A stretch of DNA of 33,390 bases, from the NCBI GenBank assembly GCA_038087875.1, contig JAXLNO010000541.1:1-33390 (forward strand), written 5' to 3'. A program made the translations under genes and the position numbers. Positions 1 to 10,319 of this stretch are shown here, piece after piece. How positions within the stretch are numbered: position 1 is the first letter of the stretch; each line of letters begins with the position of its first letter. Under the pieces are notes generated by a model. That model was not told the origin of the DNA. It searched no databases and saw only the letters and a list, made by a program, of their open reading frames with translations. Source of the stretch: Malacoraja senta. Its lineage: Eukaryota.

Positions 1-55
1 GGGTGTGCACGTAAGGTCACCGGGTCAAAAGGGTTGATGAAAGGAACCGCTCAAT

Positions 56-119
56 CTCCAGATGTGGTCTCACCAAGACCCTGTACAACTGCAGTAGAAC
101 CTTCCTGCTCCTGTACTCA
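56..119 (-). mobile_element. 64-bp inverted CR1 ORF2 fragment
   Basis: Reverse complement matches 6214-6277 at 61/64 positions. Confidence 0.8.
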
Positions 120-120
120 C

Positions 121-1209
121 AGGGAAAATAGATTATGAAAGAAAACTGGCAGGGAACATAAAAACTGACTGCAAACGTTCTAATAGATATGCAGAAAGAA
201 AGAGATTAGTTAAAACAAATGTAGGTCCCTTGCAGTCAAAAACAGGTGAGTTGATCATGGGGAACAAGGACATGGCAGACCAATTGAATAACTACTTTGC
301 TTCCTGTCTTCACTAAGGATGACTTAAATAATCTGCCGGAAATAGCAGGGGACCGCGGGTCAAAGGAGTTGGAGGAATTGAGTGAAATCCAGGTTAGTCG
401 GGAAGTGGTTTTGGGTAAATTGAATGGATTAAAGGCCGATAAATCCCCAGGGCCAGATAGGCTGCATCCCAGAGTACTTAAGGAAGTAGCTCCAGAAATA
501 GTGGATGCATTAGTAATAATCTTTCAAAATTCTTTAGATTCTGGAGTAGTTCCTGAGGATTGGCGGGTAGCAAACGTAACCCCACTTTTTAAGAAGGGAG
601 GGAGAGAGAAAACGGGGAATTACAGACCAGTTAGTCTAACATCGGTAGTGGGGAAACTGCTAGAGTCAGTTATTAAAGATGGGATAGCAGCACATTTGGA
701 AAGTGGTGAAATCATTGGACAAAGTCAGCATGGATTTACTAAAGGTAAATCATGTCTGACGAATCTTATAGAATTTTTCGAGGATGTAACTAGTAGCGTG
801 GATAGGGGGAGAACCAGTGGATGTGGTGTATCTGGACTTCCAGAAGGCTTTCGACAAGGTCCCACATAAGAGATTAGTACACAAACTTAAAGCACATGGC
901 ATTGGGGGTTCAGTATTGATGTGGATAGAGAACTGGCTGGCAAACAGGAAGCAAAGAGTAGGAGTAAACGGGTCCTTTTCACAATGGCAGGCAGTGACTA
1001 GTGGGGTACCGCAAGGCTCAGTGCTGGGACCCCAGCTATTTACAATATATATTAATGACCTGGATGAGGGAATTGAAGGCAATATCTCCAAGTTTGCGGA
1101 TGACACTAAGCTGGGGGGCAGTGTTAGCTGTGAGGAGGATGCTAGGAGACTGCAAGGTGACTTGGATAGGCTGGGTGAGTGGGCAAATGTTTGGCAGATG
1201 CAGTATAAT
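121..1209 (+). mobile_element. CR1-clade LINE copy 1, 5'-truncated, left part (RT domain, frameshifted)
   Basis: ORF2 motifs KSPGPD, NYRPVSLTS, QHGF, YLDFQKAFD, GVPQGSVLGP, FADD; frameshift near 805-810; near-identical to 12273-13248; broken at CAGTATAAT by the DIRS element. Confidence 0.95.
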
Positions 1210-1282
1210 AGTAAGATTAAACGAGAACTTACCAGTTTGAAGTTTGATCTGTATTTTATGAGGAGTTACGATGAGGGATTAC

Positions 1283-1316
1283 GTGAAGACCCCGTTCAGC
1301 ACGCATGCGCGACATT
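1283..1316. repeat. DIRS inverted terminal repeat (element 3' side)
   Basis: GTGAAGACCCCGTTCAGCACGCATGCGCGACATT is the exact reverse complement of 5953-5986. Confidence 0.95.
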
Positions 1317-1430
1317 CTTCAAAGCAGCGGTGTGGAATCACAGGAAACACAATAATTGAAATAAACATAGTAAAGAAAAGGAGAACTAAGATACCTGTTG
1401 ATCTATATATTTGAGGGTGGGAGCGGAGGG

Positions 1431-1544
1431 CACGTAATCCCTCATCGTAACTCCTCATAAAATACAGATCAAACTTCAAACTGGTAAGTTCTCGTTTAAT
1501 CTTACTATTTTACTTCGGAGTCACGTGAGTGACTACGTGAAGAC
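1431..1544. other. DIRS internal complementary region (ICR)
   Basis: 1431-1509 is the reverse complement of 1207-1285 (79/79); 1507-1544 is the reverse complement of 5979-6016 (37/38); the halves overlap at ATT 1507-1509. Confidence 0.95.
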
Positions 1545-1719
1545 TTCAAAGCTCTGTGATTTCAAACCGTGTAACAGTTCATACTTCACTCGCTGCCGAA
1601 GTCATTCAAGGGAGGAAGTATGTTATCGTAATCAACCATAATCTGTTTGTAAACAATAATGGTATCTATTAAACAATAACAAAAGACAAAATGCTCCCCC
1701 GGGCTTAAATTATATATTT

Positions 1720-2700
1720 TTGCAGATTTTAAAACTCTTTCTGCAAATAACACAGGTTCTGCTAGCGGCTTGTGGTAGAACGTTTGGAACGTTTTCTCCA
1801 TGTTCATTCTTTTAGCCGCCGATGTGGATGCTGCCCTGGTGGAGTGAGATGTATATACATCAGTATCTACTCCAGCAGCACCCAGTACCTGCTTGAGCCA
1901 TCTCGAGATGGTTTGGCTCGACACCCAACCATGAGGTTTCTTGTGGCTGACCCATAAGGCTTTTTTTTTAAATTTATTATTTATTTATTTATTTATTTTC
2001 CCTTCTCCCTCGAGAATCTCTTGTTGTGTTGATGTAAGTGAATAAGTGAGTCATGTCACACAACCGTAGGTCAGGTGGGTATGCCCGGAAATCCATAACT
2101 AAGACTCAAGTTCCTGGCTTGCTCTGCTTTAGCAGCTCCTGAATGGTGAATGAGACCCGGTCTGGTGTTATAACCATGTTGTCCAGTCACAGTAAGTGGA
2201 GGGACTGGACTCTTTGTGCTGAGACTAGTAGCATCAGCATGACCGTTTTCAGGGTTAGCTTTTCCAGGGTGAGAGACCTGGCTGGGGACCATCCCCTTAG
2301 GTATGTCAGGACCACACTGACATCCCAGATTTGTGTATACCTAGGTCTAAGAGGGTTGGAGTTGACGATACTCCTCATGAGTTTGATCACCAGCGGGTGA
2401 GACCCTATGGCCTGTTGTCCTGGCACCTGTTTTAAGTAGGCTGACAGCGCACGTCTGGCAGTATTGATGGCGCTGTAGCTCAATCCTTCATTATGGTGAA
2501 GGCCCCCCAGGAACTCCAGTACATTGGTTATGGTTGCAGATGAGTATGTTGTCCCAGTAGTCGAGCAGTATCTTTCCCACTTCCTGATGCTCGATAGGTA
2601 TTGTTTCCTGTTGGACATACGGTGTCATCATGTTGATGGTCCTGTCAGACAATCCCAGTCCCAGCAGTGGTCTTTTGATAATCTGCAACCCAGTAGGTTA
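1720..2700 (-). pseudogene. DIRS tyrosine recombinase, disrupted
   Basis: SAM-like N-terminal segment (VLEFL..LSYSAINTARRALS), catalytic R in SAQR, HSTR motif and terminal FY; frameshifts, a microsatellite at 1960-2000 and an apparent deletion of the AGW segment. Confidence 0.9.
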
Positions 2701-2769
2701 ATTTTGGCATGGCATGGATGCCTTATGCCTGATACAGGGTGCGTCAATAGGTCTGGGCTACTGGGAAAG

Positions 2770-3085
2770 GTCATAGGAGTTTCGATGACCATGTCGAGGA
2801 CCACTGGGAATCATGGCTGTGTAGGCCAGTTTGTACTATCAAAATACCTGAAGCAGAGTCCATCTGTATTTTGCGTAGTACCCTACAGATTAAGGCAGAA
2901 GGGGAAAAAGCATAGAAGAAATCTGTCTCCCAGTTCAGCGCGAATGCATCTATCGCTGCTGCCTCAGGGTGTGGTTCCCAAGGGACATACATTGGTACGT
3001 GGTGATTTATTCTGGATGCAAAGAGATCGATATCTGGTGTGCCATATTGGTTTGTAATTTTAGCAAAGCTCTAGGATTTAACATC
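2770..3085 (-). pseudogene. DIRS Dam-like DNA N6-adenine methyltransferase domain, disrupted
   Basis: IDLFASR (about 3030-3010), DAFALNW, YAFSP (2914-2900; family motif YAFPP), in the expected place after RNase H. Confidence 0.8.
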
Positions 3086-3089
3086 CATT

Positions 3090-4500
3090 CGGTGTTTATC
3101 ATTGAATTTGCATGACCTGGCACTGTATTTAGCTTACCTGGTAGGTAAGTTGCTGATAGCCAAATATGTCTATCGACCCACCATTACCAGATTGTGTTGA
3201 CCCAATTGTCACATGATATCGATTTTATTCCGGCCATATGGTTAATATAGGCCACCACCGTGATATTATCAATTTGTAAATGAACATGCAAGTTGTGCAT
3301 ATTCCTAGAATATGCTTTAAAACCATAAAATGCACCCAACATTCCCAAATAATTTATGCCCAGTGTTTGTAGTAAAGACGAGTCTAGGTTAGTCCATCTA
3401 CCACCTGTGCTGGATATGGTATTAGTTGCTCCCCAGCCTTGAGCACTGGCATCTGTTTGTATAGTTAACGTTGGGTTATTGATGATGATAGGGCTGGAAC
3501 TATGCCAAATGTGTTATATCCACCATTGTAACTCTGATATTGCTTCAATGGGTAGTTTCATGGATCTGTCAAAGTGACCTGCATGTCGTTTCAACGCCTG
3601 TACTTTTGCCCTTTGTAGGTGCTGATAGTGCAGGAGTCCAAATTGTGTAGCTGAAAATGCTGCTACCATTTTGCCAATTACTCTTGCCACTTGTCGGATG
3701 GTTGGTCGATTGCTTACCATTAAATTGTTGCACATCTGTGCCAATTCTGCTGCTTTACCTTTTGGCAACGTTACAGACATGTGGATTGAGTTAATTGAAT
3801 CCCAGATAGTCCATAGTTGTGGATGGCGTCAACTTAGATTTAACTGGATGTATGACAAACCCAGGGTTTCAACAATTATTTGGTAGCTAATACAGCTGAT
3901 TTAGCCAACTCCATGGTTTTGCCAACTATTAGGATATCATCAAGATACGCCATGACAATATGTCTTTGTTTCGCTAATGTTGCCAAGGCTGGTTTTAATA
4001 TCTTGGTAAATAGTCTAAGGCTGATGTCAACCCATTAGGCAATACTTTATACTGCCATAGTTGCCCCATCCAGGTAAATTTTCAGGTATCTGCGATGACC
4101 CTTGTGAATGGGTACTGAATAGTAGGCATCTTTTAGATCAATGCTTGCCATAAAGTATCCTTTGGAAATCAGTTGTTTAGCAGTTACAAATGTTTCCATT
4201 TTGAAATGTACATACTTAACAAAGGTATTTAGTGAGGTTAAGTCAATGATGATGCGACATCCACCATCTTTTTTACTTTTGGTAAATATATTTGAGACAA
4301 ATTCCAAAGGATCATGTTTAGATTTCTCAATGACACCCTTTGTAAGTAACCTCACCAGTTCTGCTTGAGCCTCTAGTTCTCTTTGACTGAGAGGGTAAAG
4401 ACCCTTTGGGTACGTGCTGAACTGGTGGCATGTTTTCGAATGAACTCTATTTTGTATCCCCGAATACTGTTAAGTATATAACTATCATTTGTGAGACACC
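3090..4500 (-). pseudogene. DIRS reverse transcriptase / RNase H, disrupted
   Basis: GYKIEF, KKDGGCRIIIDL, FKMET, SIDLKDAYYSVPI, MAYLDDIL, TIQTDASAQGWG, QIDNITVVAYINH; several frameshifts. Confidence 0.92.
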
Positions 4501-4561
4501 TTCTGTTAGTACAGTTCCCCATTTACATGCTGGTAGGAACGAGACCCACCTACCTCCATAG

Positions 4562-5810
4562 TTATGGTAGTGTTCCTTTCTTCCGTTTGTTCATCCGTCG
4601 TTATACTGCTGGATGTACTGCTGATGTACTGCTGATTGGGGGTGGCGCATTTTCCATGGGGTCCGCTCTGGGCCATGGCCTAAAAAGGCTTTCGGGGATA
4701 GTATGCGGACCCCGAGCTTTCACCAGTGACATAAATTTGACCTTGACTGGTGGACGCGGTGGGGTACTGCCGTCTGGTTTTTTGTGTGGGTCTGCTCGTT
4801 CCGGGGCCTGCCCTCATGAGGCCAAATGCTTTGGACTCCTCCTCCAGGTCTTTCACTTGTCCTTCCAATAACAGGATCTGCGGCTCTGAGGCCGGTGTTT
4901 TACACAGTCCTGCAAACCTGGGATTGAGGGCAGGTCTTATTCTCTCCTTGCAGAGGTTATTTATCTCATATTGGGTGTAGCACAGCAGAGCCAGAGTGTC
5001 TTGCTGGTTTGTGGTCATATCCACCCCATCCACGGAACGAGCATAGGCTGTTATCCCTGTCGTCAGGAGCTTGAGGATTTTAGCTCCTGGTTCCGGATAC
5101 TCTGTCCCCCCCCCCAGATTTGGCTGTTAACAGCCGGTACATTGAGCGAACTGTAGTTTTCCAGCTCTAGTGCCTCATTAAGTACCTGTCTTGTAGGGGT
5201 TTGAGGGACAGGTGGTTGATGCTGGCCGCCAGTTTTGGCTCCAATGGCCGCCCTGCTCGTGGTGAAACCACGTAGCGAATCTCCACACCCAGCAGCTCTT
5301 CCTGATCCTGTACCCCAAGCGTACTCCCGACATCTTCAGCCAATGACCCCTCTTCCTGACCAGCCCAGCCCTGGTCGCCAACGCTGCCCTGCTTTGAGGG
5401 GAAAGCGATGGCCAGTGCATTTATAGAGCACTGCTGTGGGAGTGCCTGATCCCCCTGGCGAGACTGCTGTAGCTCCTGAAGCAAGTCTCGCTGGAGCAGT
5501 TGCTCCATGAGCCTTTCCATTCGGCTCAGGCGGCTAGCTCTGCCGCTCTAAGGCGGACCCTCCTCATCGGAGTCAGACATAACCGGCCGGTTTGTTTGTT
5601 TGTTTGTTTGTTTAAACTTTTCCTCCAGCCCGCTGCCGCTCATCAGGCTGCGCTAGCGGGACTGGGCTCGGCTCGGTCTCGATGAGGGTGGACCGCCGCA
5701 TATACGGTCCAGGTGCCGCCTCTCGCCCCCCACTGATGGAACACTCCCGTTCTGTTGGAGTCGAACGGGGGGCGGTTTTCTTCCTTTGCCGTGCTGCTCC
5801 TGTTCCCAGT
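4562..5810 (-). pseudogene. DIRS ORF1 (gag-like), disrupted
   Basis: Broken ORFs 5167-5520 and 4680-5033 between the 5' terminus and RT; YEINNLCKERIRPALNPRFAGLC resembles DIRS ORF1 C-terminal segments; (GTTT)n at 5589-5612. Confidence 0.65.
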
Positions 5811-5952
5811 TCCTCTGGAATAGAAAGCAGAGCACAGCTTGCGGATTACGACCTCAGTGTAAGACTTACCTGAAGGTCCGCTGTTTATTTTCACCGACGT
5901 GTAGCGGGAGCGCCTGTACTCCTGGTCGTCGCTGTTGCACTGCGTGAACGCT

Positions 5953-5986
5953 AATGTCGCGCATGCGTGCTGAACGGGGTCTTCAC
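5953..5986. repeat. DIRS inverted terminal repeat (element 5' side)
   Basis: Exact reverse complement of 1283-1316. Confidence 0.95.
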
Positions 5987-6016
5987 ATAGTCACTCACGT
6001 GACTCCGAAGTAAAAT

Positions 6017-6838
6017 GTGGATAAATGTGAGGTTATCCATTTTGGTGGCAAAAACAGGAAAGCAGACTATTTTCTAAATGGTGGCCGACTAGGAAAAGGA
6101 GAGATGCAGCGAGACCTGGGTGTCATGGTACACCAGTCATTGAAAGTAGGCATGCAGGTGCAGCAAGCAGTGAAGAAAGCGAATGGTATGTTAGCTTTCA
6201 TAGCAAAAGGATTTGAGTATAGGAGCAGGGAGGTTCTACTGCAGTTGTACAGGGTCTTGGTGAGACCACACCTGGAGTATTGCGTACAGTTTTGGTCTCC
6301 AAATCTGAGGAAGGACATTATTGCCATAGAGGGAGTGCAGAGAAGGTTCACCAGACTGATTCCTGGGATGTCAGGACTGTCTTATGAAGAAAGACTGGAT
6401 AGACTTGGTTTATACTCTCTAGAATTTAGGAGATTGAGAGGGGATCTTATAGAAACTTACAAAATTCTTAAGGGGTTGGACAGGCTAGATGCAGGAAGAT
6501 TGCTCCCGATGTTGGGGAAGTCCAGGACAAGGGGTCACAGCTTAAGGATAAGGGGGAAATCCTTTAAAACCGAGATGAGAAGAACGTTTTCACACAGAGA
6601 GTGGTGAATCTCTGGAACTCTCTGCCACAGAGGGTAGTCGAGGCCAGTTCATTGGCTATATTTAAGAGGGAGCTAGATGTGGCCCTTGTGGCTAAAGGGA
6701 TCAGAGGGTATGGAGAGAAGGCAGGTACAGGATACTGAGTTGGATGATCAGCCATGATCATATTGAATGGCGGTGCAGGCTCGAAGGGCCGAATGGCCTA
6801 CTCCTGCACCTAATTTCTATGTTTCTATGTTTCTATGT
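6017..6838 (+). mobile_element. CR1-clade LINE copy 1, right part (ORF2 C-terminus, 3'UTR, octamer tail)
   Basis: [37 protein letters not shown]; ends in (TTCTATGT)n. Confidence 0.95.
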
Positions 6839-7354
6839 ATGTGTATATGTGTATGTGTATATGTGTATGTGTATATATGTATGTGTATGTGTATATGTAT
6901 ATGTGTATGTGTATATGTGTATGTGTTTATATGTATGTGTATATGTGTATGTGTATGTGTGTATGTGTATGTGTATATGTGTATGTGTATATGTGTATGT
7001 CTATATGTGTATGTGTATATGTGTATGTGTATGTGTATGTGTATGTTTATGTGTGTATGTGTATGTGTGTATGTGTATGTGTGTATGTGTATGGGTGTAT
7101 GTGCATGTGTATATGTTTGTGTATGTGTGTATGTGTGTGTATGTGTGTGGTATGTGTGTATGTGTATGTGTATATGTGTATGTGTATATGTGTATGTGTA
7201 TATGTGTGTGTGTATATGTGTATGTGTATATGTGTATGTGTGTATGTCTGTGTATATGTGTATATGTATGTGTATATGTATGTGTGTATATGTATATGTG
7301 TATGTATATGTGTATATGTATATGTATATGTGTATATGTATATGTGTATATACA

Positions 7355-7442
<88 letters not shown>

Positions 7443-7460
7443 TATATATATATATATATA
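6833..7460. repeat. Compound microsatellite (TATGTG)n-(CA)n-(TA)n
   Basis: Directly visible. Confidence 0.97.
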
Positions 7461-7462
7461 CA

Positions 7463-7594
7463 TGTGCAGGAAAGAACTGCAGATGCTGGTTTAAATTGAA
7501 GGAAGACACAAAATGCTGGAGTAACTCAGCAGGACAGGCAGCATCTCTGGAGAGAAGGAATGGTGACGTTTCGGGTCAAGACCCATCTTCAGAC
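7463..7594 (-). mobile_element. Short Penelope-derived repeat with hammerhead core
   Basis: Same family as 8018-8142, 10477-10606, 20982-21113, 24885-25005, 32926-33018; minus strand reads CTGAAGAT-GGGTC-TT-GACCC-GAAACGTC. Confidence 0.75.
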
Positions 7595-7609
7595 ATATAT
7601 ATATATACA

Positions 7610-7828
7610 CACGTAAAATATGTGTATACACACATAAATAATAGTGCAAAATGACAAAACCAATGCCCCCAAGTCCATGTAGCTTAGAGCTTATTTGGAG
7701 GTCTGAAGAAGGGTCTTGACCCAAAACATCACCCATTCATTAATTAGAGGTTGTAGTGTTTAATAGCCTAATGGCTGCAGGGAAGAAGCTGTCCCTGAAC
7801 CTGGACGTTTCAGTTTTCAGGCTCCTGA
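7610..7828 (-). mobile_element. Probable Rex1/Babar-type LINE 3' fragment with a 44-bp insertion
   Basis: Recognised by resemblance only (ATGGCTGCAGGGAAGAAGCTGTCCCTGAACCTG); insertion 7703-7746 is flanked by GAGGT repeats. Confidence 0.35.
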
Positions 7829-7909
7829 AAAATAAGTGGACATACTCTGTCCTGATTGGATGTTTCTGTCCTTTGCTCCATGGAAAGTTTGCCACACAAT
7901 GTTTCAATA

Positions 7910-8565
7910 CAGTAGATCCTTGTTATAACTGACGATGGGGGGCGGGAATGTTGTCCATTATTGCCAATTGTCCGTTATTACTGAGTAAGGGATTATCATT
8001 ATATAAGTGGTGGAAACAAGAGCCTGCAGATGCTGGTTAATACCCAAAAGGACACAGAGTGCTGGAGTAACTCAGCAGGTCAGGCAGCATTGTTAGAGAA
8101 CATGGATAGGTGACGTTTCGAGTTGATACCCTTCTTCAGACTCTCAGTCAAGAACAGGCCCTGGAATCCAGTTCAGTTAAGGTGAGAATCGGTGGTGTCA
8201 TGGTCGTGGCCCACGGGCGGCTGGAGTGCAGGTAAGTGTTGGCAGTGGCGGCGACAGAGATGTCAGGCGCAGCCAAAGAGCGGCTGAGGAAACTGTGTGG
8301 GCCGGTGGTGGTGTCGGCAGACCAGCCCCGGAAGGGGCCGGGGAGGCGGTATTAGGCCAGGGATGGCATTGGCAGCCCAGCCTAGCAGTGAAGGTCGGCA
8401 GCCTGCCTTCAAGCAGCCTGGGGTGGCTTTGGCATCCTGGCCTGGAACCGGCCAGGCAGGTGGTGTGAGCCAGGCAGCCCAGCCTGGCGGTGAACGTAAT
8501 TAGGTCGGGCCATCCATTCCATTCAATACTGTTATAAAGAGGTCCGTAAAAACGAGGATTTACTG
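7910..8565. mobile_element. Tc1/mariner superfamily (Tigger/pogo-like) non-autonomous element
   Basis: TA|CAGTAGATCCTTGTTATAACTGAC ... GTCCGTAAAAACGAGGATTTACTG|TA; TIRs match 19/24; TA at 7908-7909 and 8566-8567. Confidence 0.7.
8018..8142 (-). mobile_element. Short Penelope-derived repeat with hammerhead core
   Basis: CTGCAGATGCTGG...GTGACGTTTCGAGTTGATACCCTTCTTCAGAC; nested in the Tigger-like element. Confidence 0.7.
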
Positions 8566-8749
8566 TATCTCTTTGCCACAAAGCATTCTCGCATACTATA
8601 TAAAATACAGGACATATCTTCAATGGGTCTTGTTGCCCTTGCTTCCCCATGCCTCATCCCACCCAACTAAGTCATTTTACTTGTCACTGCAATTTATCTA
8701 TCCATTCTGGACTTTGTTAGCACCCCTCCAAAAGCAGGTTAGCTTCTTT

Positions 8750-9400
8750 GCAGAAAACAAAGTGCTGGAGGAACTCTGTGGGTTTGGCAATGTGTGTGGA
8801 GAGAAATGGGCAGCGGTGTTTCGGGTTGGGATCTTTCTTCAGACTGATAGGAGTAGAAGGGAGAATTCTGCGAAATGGTTGGGGGGAGAGGGAAGTGGGG
8901 TTTGGCATGACGAGGCATAGTGAGTGATAGGTGGATACAGGTGAGTGGGGTGATTGAAAGGTGGGTTAATGAAGTGACAAAGGATTGAGTGGAAAAGGAG
9001 GCAAAAGTGTGTCAGAGTAGGAGAGAAGAGGAGGTGTGAAATTGAAAGATGGAGGGAGGGATATAGGTGGAAGGAGACATGGGGAGGGGAAAGAGAGGAG
9101 AATAAAAGGGAATTAAGAGACTCAGGAATGGAAAATAAAGGTACAAAGGAGGGGATATGTGCAGGGTGACTAGGGGATTGAGAGAAGTGTATGCACACAG
9201 GGTGGGGAGGCCAGGGGTAAGTGGGAGGGTGAATTACTTGAAATTGGAGAATTTCACATTCATACCGTTGGTATGTAGGCTGGCCAAGTTTAATATGAGG
9301 TGGTGTTCTTCCATTTTGTGGGCGGCTTCACTAGCAAATGAGGAAGCCAAGGATAGAAAGGCCGGTATGGGAATATGAAAGAGAGTTAAAATCGTTAAAC
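8750..9400 (-). mobile_element. Penelope-like element 3' fragment (GIY-YIG C-terminus, 3' region, degenerate hammerhead)
   Basis: Minus strand 9400-9233 reads ...KMEEHHLILNLASLHTNGMNVKFSNFK*; homologous to 27841-28285. Confidence 0.75.
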
Positions 9401-9500
9401 CATTGGCTCCATCTGCCCATTATCCTTTACTGCTACTTGGTCCACCAATGTCATCTGGCACCTGACTAACCACCTTCCTTCTTCATGCTGGCTATCACTC

Positions 9501-9803
9501 GGTGGCAGCTCGGTGGTGCAGTGATAGAGTTGCTGCCTTACAGCACTTGCAGCGCCAGAGACCCGAGTTCGATCCCGACTACATGTGCTTGCTGTCTGTA
9601 CAGAGTTTTACGTTTTCCCCATAATCTGCGTGGGTTTTCTCTGAGATCTTCGGTTTCCTCCCATACTCCAAAGACGTACAGGTATGTAGGTTAATTGGCT
9701 TGGTATAAATTGTCCCTAGTGTGTGTGGGATAGTGTTAATGTGTTGAAATCGCTGGTCGGTGTGGGCTGAAGGGCCTGTTTCCGCGCTGTACCTCTAAAC
9801 TAA
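9501..9803 (+). mobile_element. tRNA-derived V-SINE (HE1-like)
   Basis: A/B boxes (GAGTTCGATCCC), V-core GGTTTCCTCCCATACTCCAAAGAC, GAAGGGCCTGTTTCC tail and (CTAAA)n. Confidence 0.85.
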
Positions 9804-9834
9804 ACAATACTAGACTAAACTAAACCCCTCTCAA

Positions 9835-10032
9835 TTCAGTCCTGGAGCAAGGTTTTGACCAGAAACATCGACAATCCCTTCCCTCATCCCTCCTCCCCCC
9901 AACCCGTGGCCTCCCCAATTTGCACTGGGCCTCACTCTGACCCAGGACAGAAAGGTCAGTGTGGGAATGGGAGGGGGAGTTAAAGTGTTTAACAACCGGG
10001 AGACCAGGTAGGTTTAGGCGGATTGAGATACA
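9835..10032 (-). mobile_element. Penelope GIY-YIG fragment plus inverted degenerate hammerhead segment
   Basis: LPVVKHFNSPSHSHTDLSVLG..SEAQCKL on the minus strand, matching 28127-28285. Confidence 0.7.
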
Positions 10033-10319
10033 CAACAGATAACATAACACAATGTCAAGATAAAATGGAAAATCAGCAGTAATGCAAATGCTCATGCTAT
10101 TTGAGGAAGCTGAATACGTTTGTCTCTGTCATTATCTTTCACTGAGGAGCATCACTTGATACCAAACTGCCCTGGCAGATGGGAGCATATATAGTCTTGT
10201 CCTACCACAAGTCATGCCCAAGCCTTCAGAAGTTGCAGCCTCTTAACTATCAACAGTGCAGCTTCCATTCTCCAATCCCTGGGCAAGCACTTCAAATAAC
10301 AAATGACTCATGCAAAGTG

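Larger units (their letters stand above)
1207..6016 (-). mobile_element. DIRS1-like tyrosine-recombinase retrotransposon, full length, ORFs decayed
   Basis: Minus-strand gag-like, RT (YLDD 3947-3936), RNase H (TDAS..GWG), methyltransferase-like and YR remnants; ITRs 1283-1316/5953-5986; ICR 1431-1544; removing it restores the CR1 frame CAGTATAAT|GTGGAT seen at 13240-13254. Confidence 0.95.

Noticed and set aside
817..1359. CR1 RT frame reading into the DIRS terminus as a fusion protein
   Set aside because: Chance read-through from a truncated, frameshifted CR1 into non-coding terminal DNA.
1207..6016. Prophage, bacterial contamination or a defence system (integrase + RT + methylase)
   Set aside because: Domain order, ITR/ICR structure and clean insertion in a CR1 identify a known DIRS-type retrotransposon; no CRISPR array or operon is present.
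6744..7654. Long ORFs of 138-295 aa on both strands
   Set aside because: Translations of a stop-free TG/TA/CA microsatellite.
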